A program made the position numbers and the translations under genes. From an uncultured virus (IMG/VR IMGVR_UViG_3300048547_000618) (Duplodnaviria; Heunggongvirae; Uroviricota; Caudoviricetes), in the IMG/VR virus record IMGVR_UViG_3300048547_000618: a stretch of DNA of 20,000 nucleotides. One strand, written 5' to 3'. A model generated the notes under the pieces. It saw nothing but the letters and a program-made list of their open reading frames with translations, was not told the origin of the DNA and ran no database searches. Of this stretch, positions 1 through 7,841 are shown one piece after another. How positions within the stretch are numbered: position 1 is the stretch's first letter; each line of letters begins with the position of its first letter.

Positions 1-556
1 TAGGTTTATACTTTTTACTATCTTCACTCTTTAATACATACGGCATTTTAAAATGTATTGTGTTATCATTTACAAAATAATAGTCTATAATTTTTTTAGC
101 ATAATGGCGCTTAATTACATAGCATTGAAGTCCATGATCGTGGCCGTTGCGGTGGCGTGGATACATAACAGCCCAGCCTTCGTGCATGCAGCAAAGTTGG
201 AGACCATCCCACAATACGCCAAACTCCTTAACATAATCCTCATAAACAAAGTTCCAATGTTGAATAGTGCTAAAGTCACAGTCGTCTTCAAAGAATGCGG
301 CTTGTTCATCATCAGTATTTTCATACCACCACTTAATGGTCAGGAGATGAGAAGTAGTAGCACCTAATGGTAGTATGTCCAAGGTGTCACGGTCGCCAGC
401 AATCTTTAAATCGCTGTCTTCAAGTCTTTTGTATTGTAGGACGGTTCCATCTAAACCGAGTCTATTAAACTCGGAATTCATATAGTCTCTACGTTCAACA
501 CTTTCTTCAAGGTTAACAACGTAGCACTTTGGAAATCCTTTTAGTTTTGGCTCCAT
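1..556 (-). CDS. Glycosyltransferase family 25-like protein (partial, runs off left edge; not in ORF track)
   Basis: Hand translation from ATG 556 (TAATG overlap with upstream stop): MEPKLKGFPKCYVVNLEESVERRDYM...GATTSHLLTIKWWYE...AAFFEDDCDF...WDGLQL...CYVIKRHYAKKII. The YVxNL..RR, SH, FEDD and Y.I...A motifs match GT25. Frame is open to position 2. Confidence 0.8.
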   Translation of the reverse strand, partial: MEPKLKGFPKCYVVNLEESVERRDYMNSEFNRLGLDGTVLQYKRLEDSDLKIAGDRDTLDILPLGATTSHLLTIKWWYENTDDEQAAFFEDDCDFSTIQHWNFVYEDYVKEFGVLWDGLQLCCMHEGWAVMYPRHRNGHDHGLQCYVIKRHYAKKIIDYYFVNDNTIHFKMPYVLKSEDSKKYKP

Positions 557-759
557 TAGAAATAATTAGTTAGCATGTCCAATTGGTCTTCATACTTAGC
601 CATTTCTTCAAGCTGCTTTTCAATTTCTTCCATAACTTCTGAATGCTCGCCAACTCCTACTGGGTTCCGCAAATAAATTTCTGCATTCATACGATGTTTT
701 TCGATATGAGCGCGCGCGTGGTCTTTTAGAGCTGCTATCATTTGATCTCGTAATTCCAT
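556..759 (-). CDS. Small conserved hypothetical phage protein (helical, YLxNPVGVGEH motif)
   Basis: Track ORF 556..777. ATG at 759 has AGGAG upstream and is the likelier start. Confidence 0.75.
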   Translation of the reverse strand: MELRDQMIAALKDHARAHIEKHRMNAEIYLRNPVGVGEHSEVMEEIEKQLEEMAKYEDQLDMLTNYF

Positions 760-769
760 TTTCTTTCTC

Positions 770-1060
770 CTATACAATTAGATTTGTTTTTGGCGTTACA
801 AGTCCACTTGTCATTTGACGATACGCATCTTGTACTTGTTCGTTTGTTTCCATAATACATGAAATATTATAGAGAGTAACTTCTTTTGGATTTGCGTGGC
901 CTGTCATAGAAATACCATTTGCAAATCCCATTCCTTGGTCACTAATAGACACAAACCTAGGATCTTTAAGTTCCACCTTATCGTTATCTTGTGATACTAA
1001 TTTTCCAACATATTCACCGTTGGTTGTTAGTACTGTAACAATATCATTTGTTTTATACAT
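770..1060 (-). CDS. Hypothetical protein, possible Sm-like beta-barrel fold
   Basis: 96 aa. Pattern V(T)VLTTNGEYVGKL...VELKDP and C-terminal YxxxTSGLVTP resemble Sm-like proteins of T4-like phages (recalled, not searched). Confidence 0.6.
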   Translation of the reverse strand: MYKTNDIVTVLTTNGEYVGKLVSQDNDKVELKDPRFVSISDQGMGFANGISMTGHANPKEVTLYNISCIMETNEQVQDAYRQMTSGLVTPKTNLIV

Positions 1061-1248
1061 TATATTGATCTTTCATTTAAATTAATACATAAAGCCTGTT
1101 GCCCTAGTTTGAAATAACCTCCACCCTTTCCTACATCATCACTAAGAGCTTCACGGGCGTAAAAACATTCTGTCATCGTAGAATGAGTTGTTACCAATTC
1201 GGCATAAGGTATAGTATCGTAAAAGTATATAAAGACAAGGGCCCACAT
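1060..1248 (-). CDS. Small hypothetical protein with hydrophobic N-terminus and two Cys
   Basis: 62 aa, co-oriented, stop overlaps the next start at 1060. Confidence 0.65.
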   Translation of the reverse strand: MWALVFIYFYDTIPYAELVTTHSTMTECFYAREALSDDVGKGGGYFKLGQQALCINLNERSI

Positions 1249-1266
1249 TTAATCATTCTTTCTATT

Positions 1267-1351
1267 TGGTACTCGCAACCGGACTCGAACCGGTACGCCC
1301 TAAGGCAAAAGATTTTAAGTCTTCATTGTCTACCAATTCCAACATGCGAGT
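1267..1351 (-). tRNA. trnL: tRNA-Leu (anticodon UAA), CCA encoded
   Basis: Reverse complement folds as a cloverleaf: acceptor ACTCGCA/TGCGAGT, anticodon arm GAAGA-CTTAAAA-TCTTT, long variable arm, T arm ACCGG-TTCGAGT-CCGGT, 3' ACCA. Confidence 0.96.
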
Positions 1352-1353
1352 AT

Positions 1354-1431
1354 TGGTGATCTCTGTAGGACTCGAACCTACGACCTAGTGCTTAGAAGGC
1401 ACTTGCTCTAATCCGGCTGAGCTAAGAGACC
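1354..1431 (-). tRNA. trnR: tRNA-Arg (anticodon UCU), CCA encoded
   Basis: Acceptor GGTCTCT/AGAGATC, D arm GCTC..GAGC with A20, anticodon arm AGTGC-CTTCTAA-GCACT, T arm GTAGG-TTCGAGT-CCTAC, 3' ACCA. Confidence 0.96.
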
Positions 1432-1433
1432 TA

Positions 1434-1904
1434 TCACTTTGTTACATCAATAAATTGTAGCTCGTATGTTCTACCATTTTGTTTGAAGGTGACAACTGAA
1501 TAGTCATAAACACGACGCGTTTTATCGCGGTATCTTGTTACCTTATCGCACTTACGTTCTTGCCTGTAACCGGTGATGACTCGCTTAGTACTATTTTGCG
1601 CTTCATTTGCGCCAATAATACCGCCAAGGACAGCTCCTGCAGCTGCGCCTCCGTCATCACCGGTCAGGCCTTTGCCGAGGATGCCACCGAGGATCATACC
1701 GCCTAAAGCGCCAGCACCAGCGTCACCGCCTTGCTGTCTGCCATAAATCGGGGTCTCTACAGTATAACATTCCTTGACAGAGTAAGGTTCAGAAATAACT
1801 TGAGTTGCGTAATAATCTTGTACACCAACCATTTTTGTTTTTGCGTCTGCGGTTGCAGTTGTTGCAGCCAACAATAGGCTTGCTGTAATAATGAACTTAG
1901 ACAT
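1434..1904 (-). CDS. Glycine-zipper 2TM protein with signal peptide (YcfJ-like envelope protein)
   Basis: Signal peptide MSKFIITASLLLAATTATA; GAGALGGMILGGILGKGL and GAAAGAVLGGIIGA zippers flanked by two Cys. Confidence 0.8.
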   Translation of the reverse strand: MSKFIITASLLLAATTATADAKTKMVGVQDYYATQVISEPYSVKECYTVETPIYGRQQGGDAGAGALGGMILGGILGKGLTGDDGGAAAGAVLGGIIGANEAQNSTKRVITGYRQERKCDKVTRYRDKTRRVYDYSVVTFKQNGRTYELQFIDVTK

Positions 1905-2019
1905 TGTTATATCCTTTATGGTTGTCTATTGCGTTTTGAAAGATTTTGTAGGGTAAATAACAAACCCAGCCGTATACACACCAAAAAACAATGTTAGGAA
2001 GAATTATTTCAATCAACAT
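1897..2019 (-). CDS. 40-aa putative membrane peptide (not in ORF track)
   Basis: MLIEIILPNIVFWCVYGWVCYLPYKIFQNAIDNHKGYNNV; fills the gap and overlaps both neighbours. Confidence 0.55.
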   Translation of the reverse strand: MLIEIILPNIVFWCVYGWVCYLPYKIFQNAIDNHKGYNNV

Positions 2020-2248
2020 ATTCACTACTAAAATCCCATTCATCAAACGGCTCTGACGAACCATCACACTCAAAGCTGATATCTATATCTGAATTGTACT
2101 CAGACAGATATTTATTCATCGCGATCTGGCGTGACATGTCTTGTATTTCTTCACGCTCTTGCGCATCAAAAGTGTCAAACATCCAATCAATAACTTTAAA
2201 TTCTTTAAACTCTTCTTCGAGATCTAAATCTTTACCAAACTTAAACAT
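2009..2248 (-). CDS. Acidic hypothetical protein
   Basis: 79 aa, D/E-rich, start overlaps the upstream stop at 2248. Confidence 0.7.
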   Translation of the reverse strand: MFKFGKDLDLEEEFKEFKVIDWMFDTFDAQEREEIQDMSRQIAMNKYLSEYNSDIDISFECDGSSEPFDEWDFSSEYVD

Positions 2249-2472
2249 TATTTCATAACCTTTTTAGCATATTTAATAGTTAAGAGCTGAGCGTCGTTTA
2301 AACCTTTAGTTGAAGCTGTCTCTGCAAGATGCTCTCCTACATCTGAAAACGCGTTTAGAATTGCCAAAGGCACATTCATATTTTCTCCGCTTTCTGAAAA
2401 CCACATCATTTTACGGCCAAAGTTAGCAATTACACGTTGCTGAGGAGTTTGTTCAAAAAATGTAATGTTCAT
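2248..2472 (-). CDS. Hypothetical protein
   Basis: 74 aa, AAGGA SD, first gene after the promoter at 2503-2531. Confidence 0.75.
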   Translation of the reverse strand: MNITFFEQTPQQRVIANFGRKMMWFSESGENMNVPLAILNAFSDVGEHLAETASTKGLNDAQLLTIKYAKKVMK

Positions 2473-2502
2473 GGTGATTCCTTTTTTCCATTTGATATAT
2501 AT

Positions 2503-2531
2503 AATCTATCTGATTCTATCAAGAATGTCAA
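2503..2531 (-). promoter_or_regulatory. sigma70-type promoter with GANTC in spacer
   Basis: TTGACA-ttcttgataGAATCaga(17)-TAGATT on the minus strand. Confidence 0.75.
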
Positions 2532-2919
2532 CAAATTTTTTCACAAAAACCAAACTTTTTTCTCTTGCTTCCTTTTCCCACCAACGATCTTCGTATTTTG
2601 GTTTGTTGCTGTCGAGTAATTTACCGAGATTATTTTCCATGTATTGTTTGATGTGAACTATTTCATGTGCAACAGTAGTATATATTTCAGTAAGAGTACG
2701 ATCTTTAACTGCAGTCATTATTATATAGCTTTGTTCGTCAAGATCTATACACATTCCTGTTCTGTCTTTACCTGCTAAATACGCAGCGCCAACAACTTCA
2801 ATGCTATGAGGTTTTATATTAAGCTCTTTACAACAAAAATTAACAAAGTCTTTTGTTAAAGAATCATCTAAATTATCTACTTTAATATTCATCTTCCCAA
2901 ATTTCTTCACTTTCATCAA
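2506..2919 (-). CDS. HEXXH zincin-like putative metallopeptidase
   Basis: TVAHEIVHIKQY...YEDRWWEKEA. Start uncertain (2919/2916/2892). Confidence 0.7.
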   Translation of the reverse strand: MMKVKKFGKMNIKVDNLDDSLTKDFVNFCCKELNIKPHSIEVVGAAYLAGKDRTGMCIDLDEQSYIIMTAVKDRTLTEIYTTVAHEIVHIKQYMENNLGKLLDSNKPKYEDRWWEKEAREKSLVFVKKFVDILDRIR

Positions 2920-3376
2920 AGTTCATTTGTAGTTCTTCTTCAAGATTAAAGTGTTCTACAAGATCTTTAGGAATCGAGTCTAACGAATTAATATCGTTTG
3001 AATCATATTCAAAATATTCATTTTTGCCATCAGCAAATATTCCAATGAATTCCATACCTGATTCGTAATATCTAAGCTCAGCAACACATTCTGGGTTATT
3101 ATTCAAAAAGGTTTTAAATGCTTCTACAGGAGGACTCCATGCGCTGTCCACAGTACCTGAAATTGAGCCTTCTTCTTTCTCAAATTCAATTTCAAGATTT
3201 TCAGGATCTACATCCCACTTGGTACCCCACTTATCAACTGCATTACTATAATCCCATTCTCCTTGAGGTGACATAACTTCTAAAAGACCACCTGTATCCA
3301 TTATTTTATTATACAGATCAGTAATCTTTTCTTTAGGTCCACTAATAAGAACATCGTTCATACACCAGTTAGGCAT
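2882..3376 (-). CDS. DUF1281/YubB ferredoxin-like domain protein
   Basis: MPNWCxN, WGTKWD, DSAWSPP and YYESGMEFIG motifs; AAGGAG SD. Confidence 0.75.
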   Translation of the reverse strand: MPNWCMNDVLISGPKEKITDLYNKIMDTGGLLEVMSPQGEWDYSNAVDKWGTKWDVDPENLEIEFEKEEGSISGTVDSAWSPPVEAFKTFLNNNPECVAELRYYESGMEFIGIFADGKNEYFEYDSNDINSLDSIPKDLVEHFNLEEELQMNFDESEEIWEDEY

Positions 3377-3387
3377 TTATTTCTCCT

Positions 3388-3465
3388 TTAAAAAAATGTT
3401 TCGTATACAGCTGTAACAGCTACCAATGTAATAAAGAAAACACTGCATCCAATAAAAGCTCCCAT
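3388..3465 (-). CDS. 25-aa hydrophobic peptide (not in ORF track)
   Basis: MGAFIGCSVFFITLVAVTAVYETFF; TAAGGAGG SD upstream; start overlaps the upstream TGA. Confidence 0.6.
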   Translation of the reverse strand: MGAFIGCSVFFITLVAVTAVYETFF

Positions 3466-3671
3466 CACGCAGCCTCCTTATAATATTCATCAAAAGTTCC
3501 ATGCAGCCGTAGCTTTACGTTACGAATATGACTACACGCTTTACGTGGTTTCTTTTTGCATGAGCAACTAAAACCTTCGTTATGCATTTTTACTGTACCT
3601 TTAGCATATTGCCATTCTGTACCAACAGCCCAATGGTTTTTAGTGTTTACCAATGAAGTAGAAAATATCAT
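3465..3671 (-). CDS. SWIM-type zinc finger protein
   Basis: FSCSCKKKPRKACSHI fits CxCx(n)CxH. Confidence 0.7.
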   Translation of the reverse strand: MIFSTSLVNTKNHWAVGTEWQYAKGTVKMHNEGFSCSCKKKPRKACSHIRNVKLRLHGTFDEYYKEAA

Positions 3672-3841
3672 ACTGCTTGAGCCTCAACAATTTGAGCCAT
3701 TTCAAGACGCTCGGCGCGATCTTCATAATCTTCAGCAATCATAATAATTTCTTCGAGGAGTTCCTGCCGCGATTTACCAAAGTTATCAGCGCGGCGAGAT
3801 AAACTACGAAGACGTTCGGCAATTACAATAAGTTCAATCAT
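3668..3841 (-). CDS. 57-aa helical hypothetical protein (not in ORF track)
   Basis: MIELIVIAERLRSLSRRADNFGKSRQELLEEIIMIAEDYEDRAERLEMAQIVEAQAV; GAAGGA SD; ATGA overlap with next gene; directly after promoter 3868-3896. Confidence 0.75.
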   Translation of the reverse strand: MIELIVIAERLRSLSRRADNFGKSRQELLEEIIMIAEDYEDRAERLEMAQIVEAQAV

Positions 3842-3867
3842 GTATAGTTCCTTCCATTTATAGAACT

Positions 3868-3896
3868 ATACTATCTGATTCGCGATAGAATGTCAA
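3868..3896 (-). promoter_or_regulatory. sigma70-type promoter with GANTC in spacer
   Basis: TTGACA-ttctatcgcGAATCaga(17)-TAGTAT, intergenic. Confidence 0.8.
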
Positions 3897-3899
3897 TAG

Positions 3900-4310
3900 T
3901 TATTTAAATACTTCATTAAAAAATATGTCTGACATTACTGTTTCTAATTCGTATGCTTCTTTTTCCCACGGTAAAGAATAGTAATCTCCGTCAAATGGTT
4001 CGCCATTCCAACGCGATGGCGCTTTGCCTTCACCTATTTCAAGCTCACCATTTATGTATTGCTTTGCATGGACAAACTCGTGAAAGAGTGTTGTGATTAC
4101 CATTTTCTTTTTAAGTTTTGGATTAACAAATAATGTTATACCATCTTCTTCATCATAGTCACAATATCCAGCGCATTCGTTATCAAACTCGCCACCAAAA
4201 TCTATTTCAACTGACTCATCTATTTCAAGAAAGTCAGATGCAAACAATACAGCCTTATCCATAAGTTCATTAGATATCCATCTTGGTTTTCCATAGCTAA
4301 CATAGTACAT
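3900..4310 (-). CDS. HEXXH zincin-like putative metallopeptidase
   Basis: TTLFHEFVHAKQY...YYSLPWEKEAY; start overlaps the gp52 stop. Confidence 0.75.
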   Translation of the reverse strand: MYYVSYGKPRWISNELMDKAVLFASDFLEIDESVEIDFGGEFDNECAGYCDYDEEDGITLFVNPKLKKKMVITTLFHEFVHAKQYINGELEIGEGKAPSRWNGEPFDGDYYSLPWEKEAYELETVMSDIFFNEVFK

Positions 4311-5659
4311 TATGAATCCAACTCGTCAAGATCTGTTGTGAATTGTTTTGCTGGTGTTGTCTTGGACCAAAACTTAAGATCCTTTTCAGCCTCTTTGATT
4401 TCTTTTTCTAATGCTTTTACCATTTCTTGCGTAAGACTTAGTATATTAATACGGAGACAACGGTCAACATCGTCAAGGTTGCGTACTGCATCTGTTTGTT
4501 TATAAATCTGCTCAGCTACGTCAGCTTTCTTTTGATTTTTAAACTCAATACGATTGTCAAGTACTGCTTGAATGAATTGCATTTTAACGTTCAGCCAACG
4601 CATTTCTTCTTCAGCTTCTTTCTTGCGCAAATCAATACGCTGCTGAAGAACACCCATACGAAATTCACAAAAGTCTTTGATGAGTTGCCGTTCGTCTTTA
4701 TATTCACGCAGCTTTCCGTCAAATCCAATTACTGTTAAGTTTTCAGTTAATGGCTTTGATAGCTTAAATTTTGAAATAATTTTTACGTTAGTCCACGTTG
4801 ATGAGCTGTTCTGTTTTAGTTTAACTTCAAATTTAAAACCAGATTTATCGCAAAGATCTTCATAAGAAACGATATCTCCGTCTTCCTCTAACTTGTCAAG
4901 TACCTTAACATAGCCTTCTCTGTCAAAGCCATATGGTACTTCAGTTATTTCTAATACTGTTTTACTCTTCTTTTCAAAACAACCAAGAACTGTGTATTTA
5001 TCATCAGTTTTGTCATAGTTTACGGTACCTTTGAAGTCCGGAAAGGACACTGGAAGCCTTTTGGATATATTACCATACGTCACATATTCGCGACAGGCAC
5101 GAGAAAGTGCATCAGCGCTTCGAGGTAATATGTTTGTAGCAAAACCAGTTGCGATACCTTTAGTTCCATTAGTCAACACGAGTGGAATAACTGGAATATA
5201 AAACGAAGGAGGTTCGTGTTCAGGATCGCTATGTTGTGGAGATAGATCTAAATCACGAATATACTTTTTGAAGTTTTGGTGTAAACGAGTGTAAACATAA
5301 CGAGCTGCACCAGGCTCTTGAACTAACCGAGTACCAAACGATCCTCGTCCTTCAACTAAGCAGACATTATTGTTCCACTCTGCAGCCATAAGTTGACCGG
5401 CACCAGCTGCGCTTGCTTCACCGTGGTTGTATCCGTAGTCTGATATAATACCAGCAACCGCAGACACCTTTTTGAAATCGTTTTTAGAATTTAGGATTGA
5501 TGAATATAAGTAGAAACGCTGAACAGGTTTCAATCCGTCAATCATATTTGGAATAGCACGACTTTCAACTGTGTACATAGCAAACGAAAGCCATTCGTTT
5601 TTCGCAACAGATGAAATTGGATATTCTTTTTCTGCTTTTGCAAAATCAAGTATACTCAT
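4310..5659 (-). CDS. gp52: Type IIA DNA topoisomerase, GyrA/ParC-like subunit (T4 gp52)
   Basis: RAIPNMIDGLKPVQR, YNHG, GRGSFG, catalytic AARY, NGTKGIATGFATNI; 449 aa. Confidence 0.97.
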   Translation of the reverse strand: MSILDFAKAEKEYPISSVAKNEWLSFAMYTVESRAIPNMIDGLKPVQRFYLYSSILNSKNDFKKVSAVAGIISDYGYNHGEASAAGAGQLMAAEWNNNVCLVEGRGSFGTRLVQEPGAARYVYTRLHQNFKKYIRDLDLSPQHSDPEHEPPSFYIPVIPLVLTNGTKGIATGFATNILPRSADALSRACREYVTYGNISKRLPVSFPDFKGTVNYDKTDDKYTVLGCFEKKSKTVLEITEVPYGFDREGYVKVLDKLEEDGDIVSYEDLCDKSGFKFEVKLKQNSSSTWTNVKIISKFKLSKPLTENLTVIGFDGKLREYKDERQLIKDFCEFRMGVLQQRIDLRKKEAEEEMRWLNVKMQFIQAVLDNRIEFKNQKKADVAEQIYKQTDAVRNLDDVDRCLRINILSLTQEMVKALEKEIKEAEKDLKFWSKTTPAKQFTTDLDELDS

Positions 5660-5683
5660 TATATTTCCTTTGTGATTCTATAT

Positions 5684-5712
5684 ATTCTACACTATTTGAG
5701 TGTAGATGTCAA
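5684..5712 (-). promoter_or_regulatory. sigma70-type promoter for gp52
   Basis: TTGACA-17-TAGAAT; overlaps an 8-bp inverted repeat (5686-5706); GANTC just downstream (5674-5678). Confidence 0.75.
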
Positions 5713-5847
5713 CCGATAATTGCAATACACTTTCCAAGCTTCCCACAAACTGTATGATATAATGGGACCGATAAATGGAAAGAAGAAAAAGTTTAGTATT
5801 AGCCACGCACAAAAGGTTGCAGCTAGTATATCATACCATTCTATCAT
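5692..5847 (-). CDS. 51-aa membrane protein between topoisomerase subunits (not in ORF track)
   Basis: MIEWYDILAATFCAWLILNFFFFPFIGPIISYSLWEAWKVYCNYRLTSTLK; ATGA overlap with gp39 stop; AAGGAG SD within the gp39 3' end. Confidence 0.7.
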   Translation of the reverse strand: MIEWYDILAATFCAWLILNFFFFPFIGPIISYSLWEAWKVYCNYRLTSTLK

Positions 5848-7673
5848 GCAAACATATACTCCTTACGTAATGCTGAGTCTTTACCAAACATCATTTGAAA
5901 AATACTTGCATCATCGACCGTAACAGTATCATATTGTGGATCGTTAATAATACTATCATATTCGTTTTCAGTTAATGAACCGAGGCCCTTAATGTAACGG
6001 TGTTTCCAATTTGGATTTTTTTGTTTATGATCGTTTGCGCTATCGTAATCGTAAAACCAAATAACCTTATCTTTGAACGTTGAAATCATCATAGGTGTAC
6101 GAGTAATCTTTACACGTTTTTCGGTTAATAGGCGTGGCCAGAATTTGAAAAAGAATGCAATCAGCAATGGACTAATATGACCAATACCATCATGGTCAGC
6201 ATCAGTTAGAGTTGCAACGCTTTCATATGTCATATTGTCAACGCTATTAGGATTAGTAATATCAAGTCCTAAAACCGCAACGAGCTCGGAGAGTTCTTTA
6301 TTCTTCAATACATCAGCAGGTTTCATATCCCACGTATTCATAATGACGCCTCGAAGTGGATATGCTCCAACCTTATTAGCATCGCGAACCTTAAGTAAGA
6401 AACCCATAGCTGAGTCACCTTCGACGATCTTTAGAGTTGCGTTTGATTTGTTGGCAGCAATATGTTTTGCAACCTTAACGCGGCGTAGGCCTTTTTGAGC
6501 AAGCGTAGCTGCACGTTTATCAGCTGCAATCTTTCTCGCAAGTTGCGCTTCGATAATAGGATCAATAAGCTCAGGAGTATTTAAAATTTTGCGAGCAAAG
6601 AATACAGCATCCTTAATACCAGCTTCAGTTGCGTGTTCTTTAACATTTCCAGTTGGGTTTGTTAGACGCTCTTTAGTTTGGCTGTCAAATTTTGGATTAG
6701 TAAAATTACGAGCAAACATAATAAACGTAAGATTACCTTTACAATGATTACGATTAATTTCAATCTTATGTTTACGTTTAATCATAACGCACAATTCTTC
6801 AACAATGCTATTCATTACAAAATCGACATATGTTCCGCCTTGGCGAGTATTAACACCGTTTACAAAACTATTTGAACGAAAGCCATCTGACGAATGCGCA
6901 ATAAAAAATGATAAGTTATCAGACTTTTCAATAATTGCTGGTTGGTCACCTACAAACATTTTAGAATATTTTTTAAGATCGTTAACTTTAATCCGTTTCT
7001 TATTAAACGAAAATGTAATTTCAGGAAAGGCCATTTGCAAACTGATAAGACGATCTTCAACTAAAGAAATCGTATCGTATTCATTTAGGCTATTACACTC
7101 AAATAATTCAAAATCAGGAATGAATGAAACTTCAGTTCCGTTACCTGCTTTGTCTGATACTTTTTCTTTGATTGACTCGGCACCGTTAGTACACTGAACG
7201 ATTTGACATTTACCATCTCTCCATGTTTTGCCTGTAAATTTTGCAGACAAGAAATTAGTCGCCGCAGATCCTACGCCGTTCGTTCCGATGGTTACTCGCT
7301 CATCGTCAAAAGATGTACCTGCGTTGACACGCGTCCATGCTGCTGTCGCTTGAGATATTTTACTTCCTGTAGTTTCATCATAAACCAATTCATGTGGTAT
7401 ACCACGTCCGTTATCTGTTACGGTGATTGAGTTGTCCATTTTAATAGACACGTCAATTTTATTTGCATATTTGAAATTAGTGCGAATTGCTTCATCTATT
7501 GAGTTATCTAAGATTTCATCAATCATTTTTGATAAAGCTGGTACGTATTCAACTCTATCCCATTGGCCCATCATAAAACGTTCAATTGGTTCACGGGCGC
7601 TTGATCCCATGTACATACCAATGCGTTCACGAACGTGTTGACGAGCTGTTAAGATTTTAAATTGTTCAGACAT
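5844..7673 (-). CDS. gp39: Type IIA DNA topoisomerase, GyrB/ParE-like large subunit (uninterrupted gp39+gp60)
   Basis: GHKL motifs (EILDNSIDE, DNGRGIP, GTNGVG) and TOPRIM motifs (EGDSA, PLRG, DADHDG, YIKGLGS) in one 609-aa ORF; GGAG SD. Confidence 0.97.
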   Translation of the reverse strand: MSEQFKILTARQHVRERIGMYMGSSAREPIERFMMGQWDRVEYVPALSKMIDEILDNSIDEAIRTNFKYANKIDVSIKMDNSITVTDNGRGIPHELVYDETTGSKISQATAAWTRVNAGTSFDDERVTIGTNGVGSAATNFLSAKFTGKTWRDGKCQIVQCTNGAESIKEKVSDKAGNGTEVSFIPDFELFECNSLNEYDTISLVEDRLISLQMAFPEITFSFNKKRIKVNDLKKYSKMFVGDQPAIIEKSDNLSFFIAHSSDGFRSNSFVNGVNTRQGGTYVDFVMNSIVEELCVMIKRKHKIEINRNHCKGNLTFIMFARNFTNPKFDSQTKERLTNPTGNVKEHATEAGIKDAVFFARKILNTPELIDPIIEAQLARKIAADKRAATLAQKGLRRVKVAKHIAANKSNATLKIVEGDSAMGFLLKVRDANKVGAYPLRGVIMNTWDMKPADVLKNKELSELVAVLGLDITNPNSVDNMTYESVATLTDADHDGIGHISPLLIAFFFKFWPRLLTEKRVKITRTPMMISTFKDKVIWFYDYDSANDHKQKNPNWKHRYIKGLGSLTENEYDSIINDPQYDTVTVDDASIFQMMFGKDSALRKEYMFA

Positions 7674-7698
7674 ATTTACTCCATTTTATATAGTATAC

Positions 7699-7764
7699 TC
7701 AAAACCAATGAGTACAATCATCGCACGGATCATCCCATTTATGCGGAATGTCGTCGTTGTCCAT
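7699..7764 (-). CDS. 21-aa acidic CxxC peptide upstream of gp39 (not in ORF track)
   Basis: MDNDDIPHKWDDPCDDCTHWF; AAGGA SD upstream; lies between promoter 7813-7841 and gp39. Confidence 0.5.
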   Translation of the reverse strand: MDNDDIPHKWDDPCDDCTHWF

Positions 7765-7801
7765 ACAGATCCTTGTTTCTGTTACCGGTTACTCTATTTA
7801 T

Positions 7802-7809
7802 TATAAATA
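7802..7809 (+). promoter_or_regulatory. T4-type late promoter (gp55-dependent) for gp3
   Basis: TATAAATA 40 nt upstream of a structural gene. Confidence 0.8.
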
Positions 7810-7812
7810 TCT

Positions 7813-7841
7813 ATACTAACTGATTCGGGACAGAATGTAAA
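7813..7841 (-). promoter_or_regulatory. sigma70-type promoter with GANTC in spacer, for the topoisomerase operon
   Basis: TTTACA-ttctgtcccGAATCagt(17)-TAGTAT; same architecture as 2503-2531 and 3868-3896. Confidence 0.75.

Noticed and set aside
53..367. Track ORFs 53..367 (+) and 115..324 (-)
   Set aside because: Shadows of the GT25-like gene in another minus-strand frame.
1620..1735. GC-rich repetitive patch
   Set aside because: Explained by Gly/Ala codons of the glycine zipper; not a CRISPR array or repeat element.
4496..7641. Plus-strand ORFs over gp52/gp39, including 5720..5923 and 6805..7197
   Set aside because: Antisense shadows of conserved genes with no recognisable motifs.
5844..7673. 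gp39-gp60 fusion as a novelty, or a gene 60-type ribosomal bypass
   Set aside because: The uninterrupted gene is the usual state outside T4; no coding gap is present.
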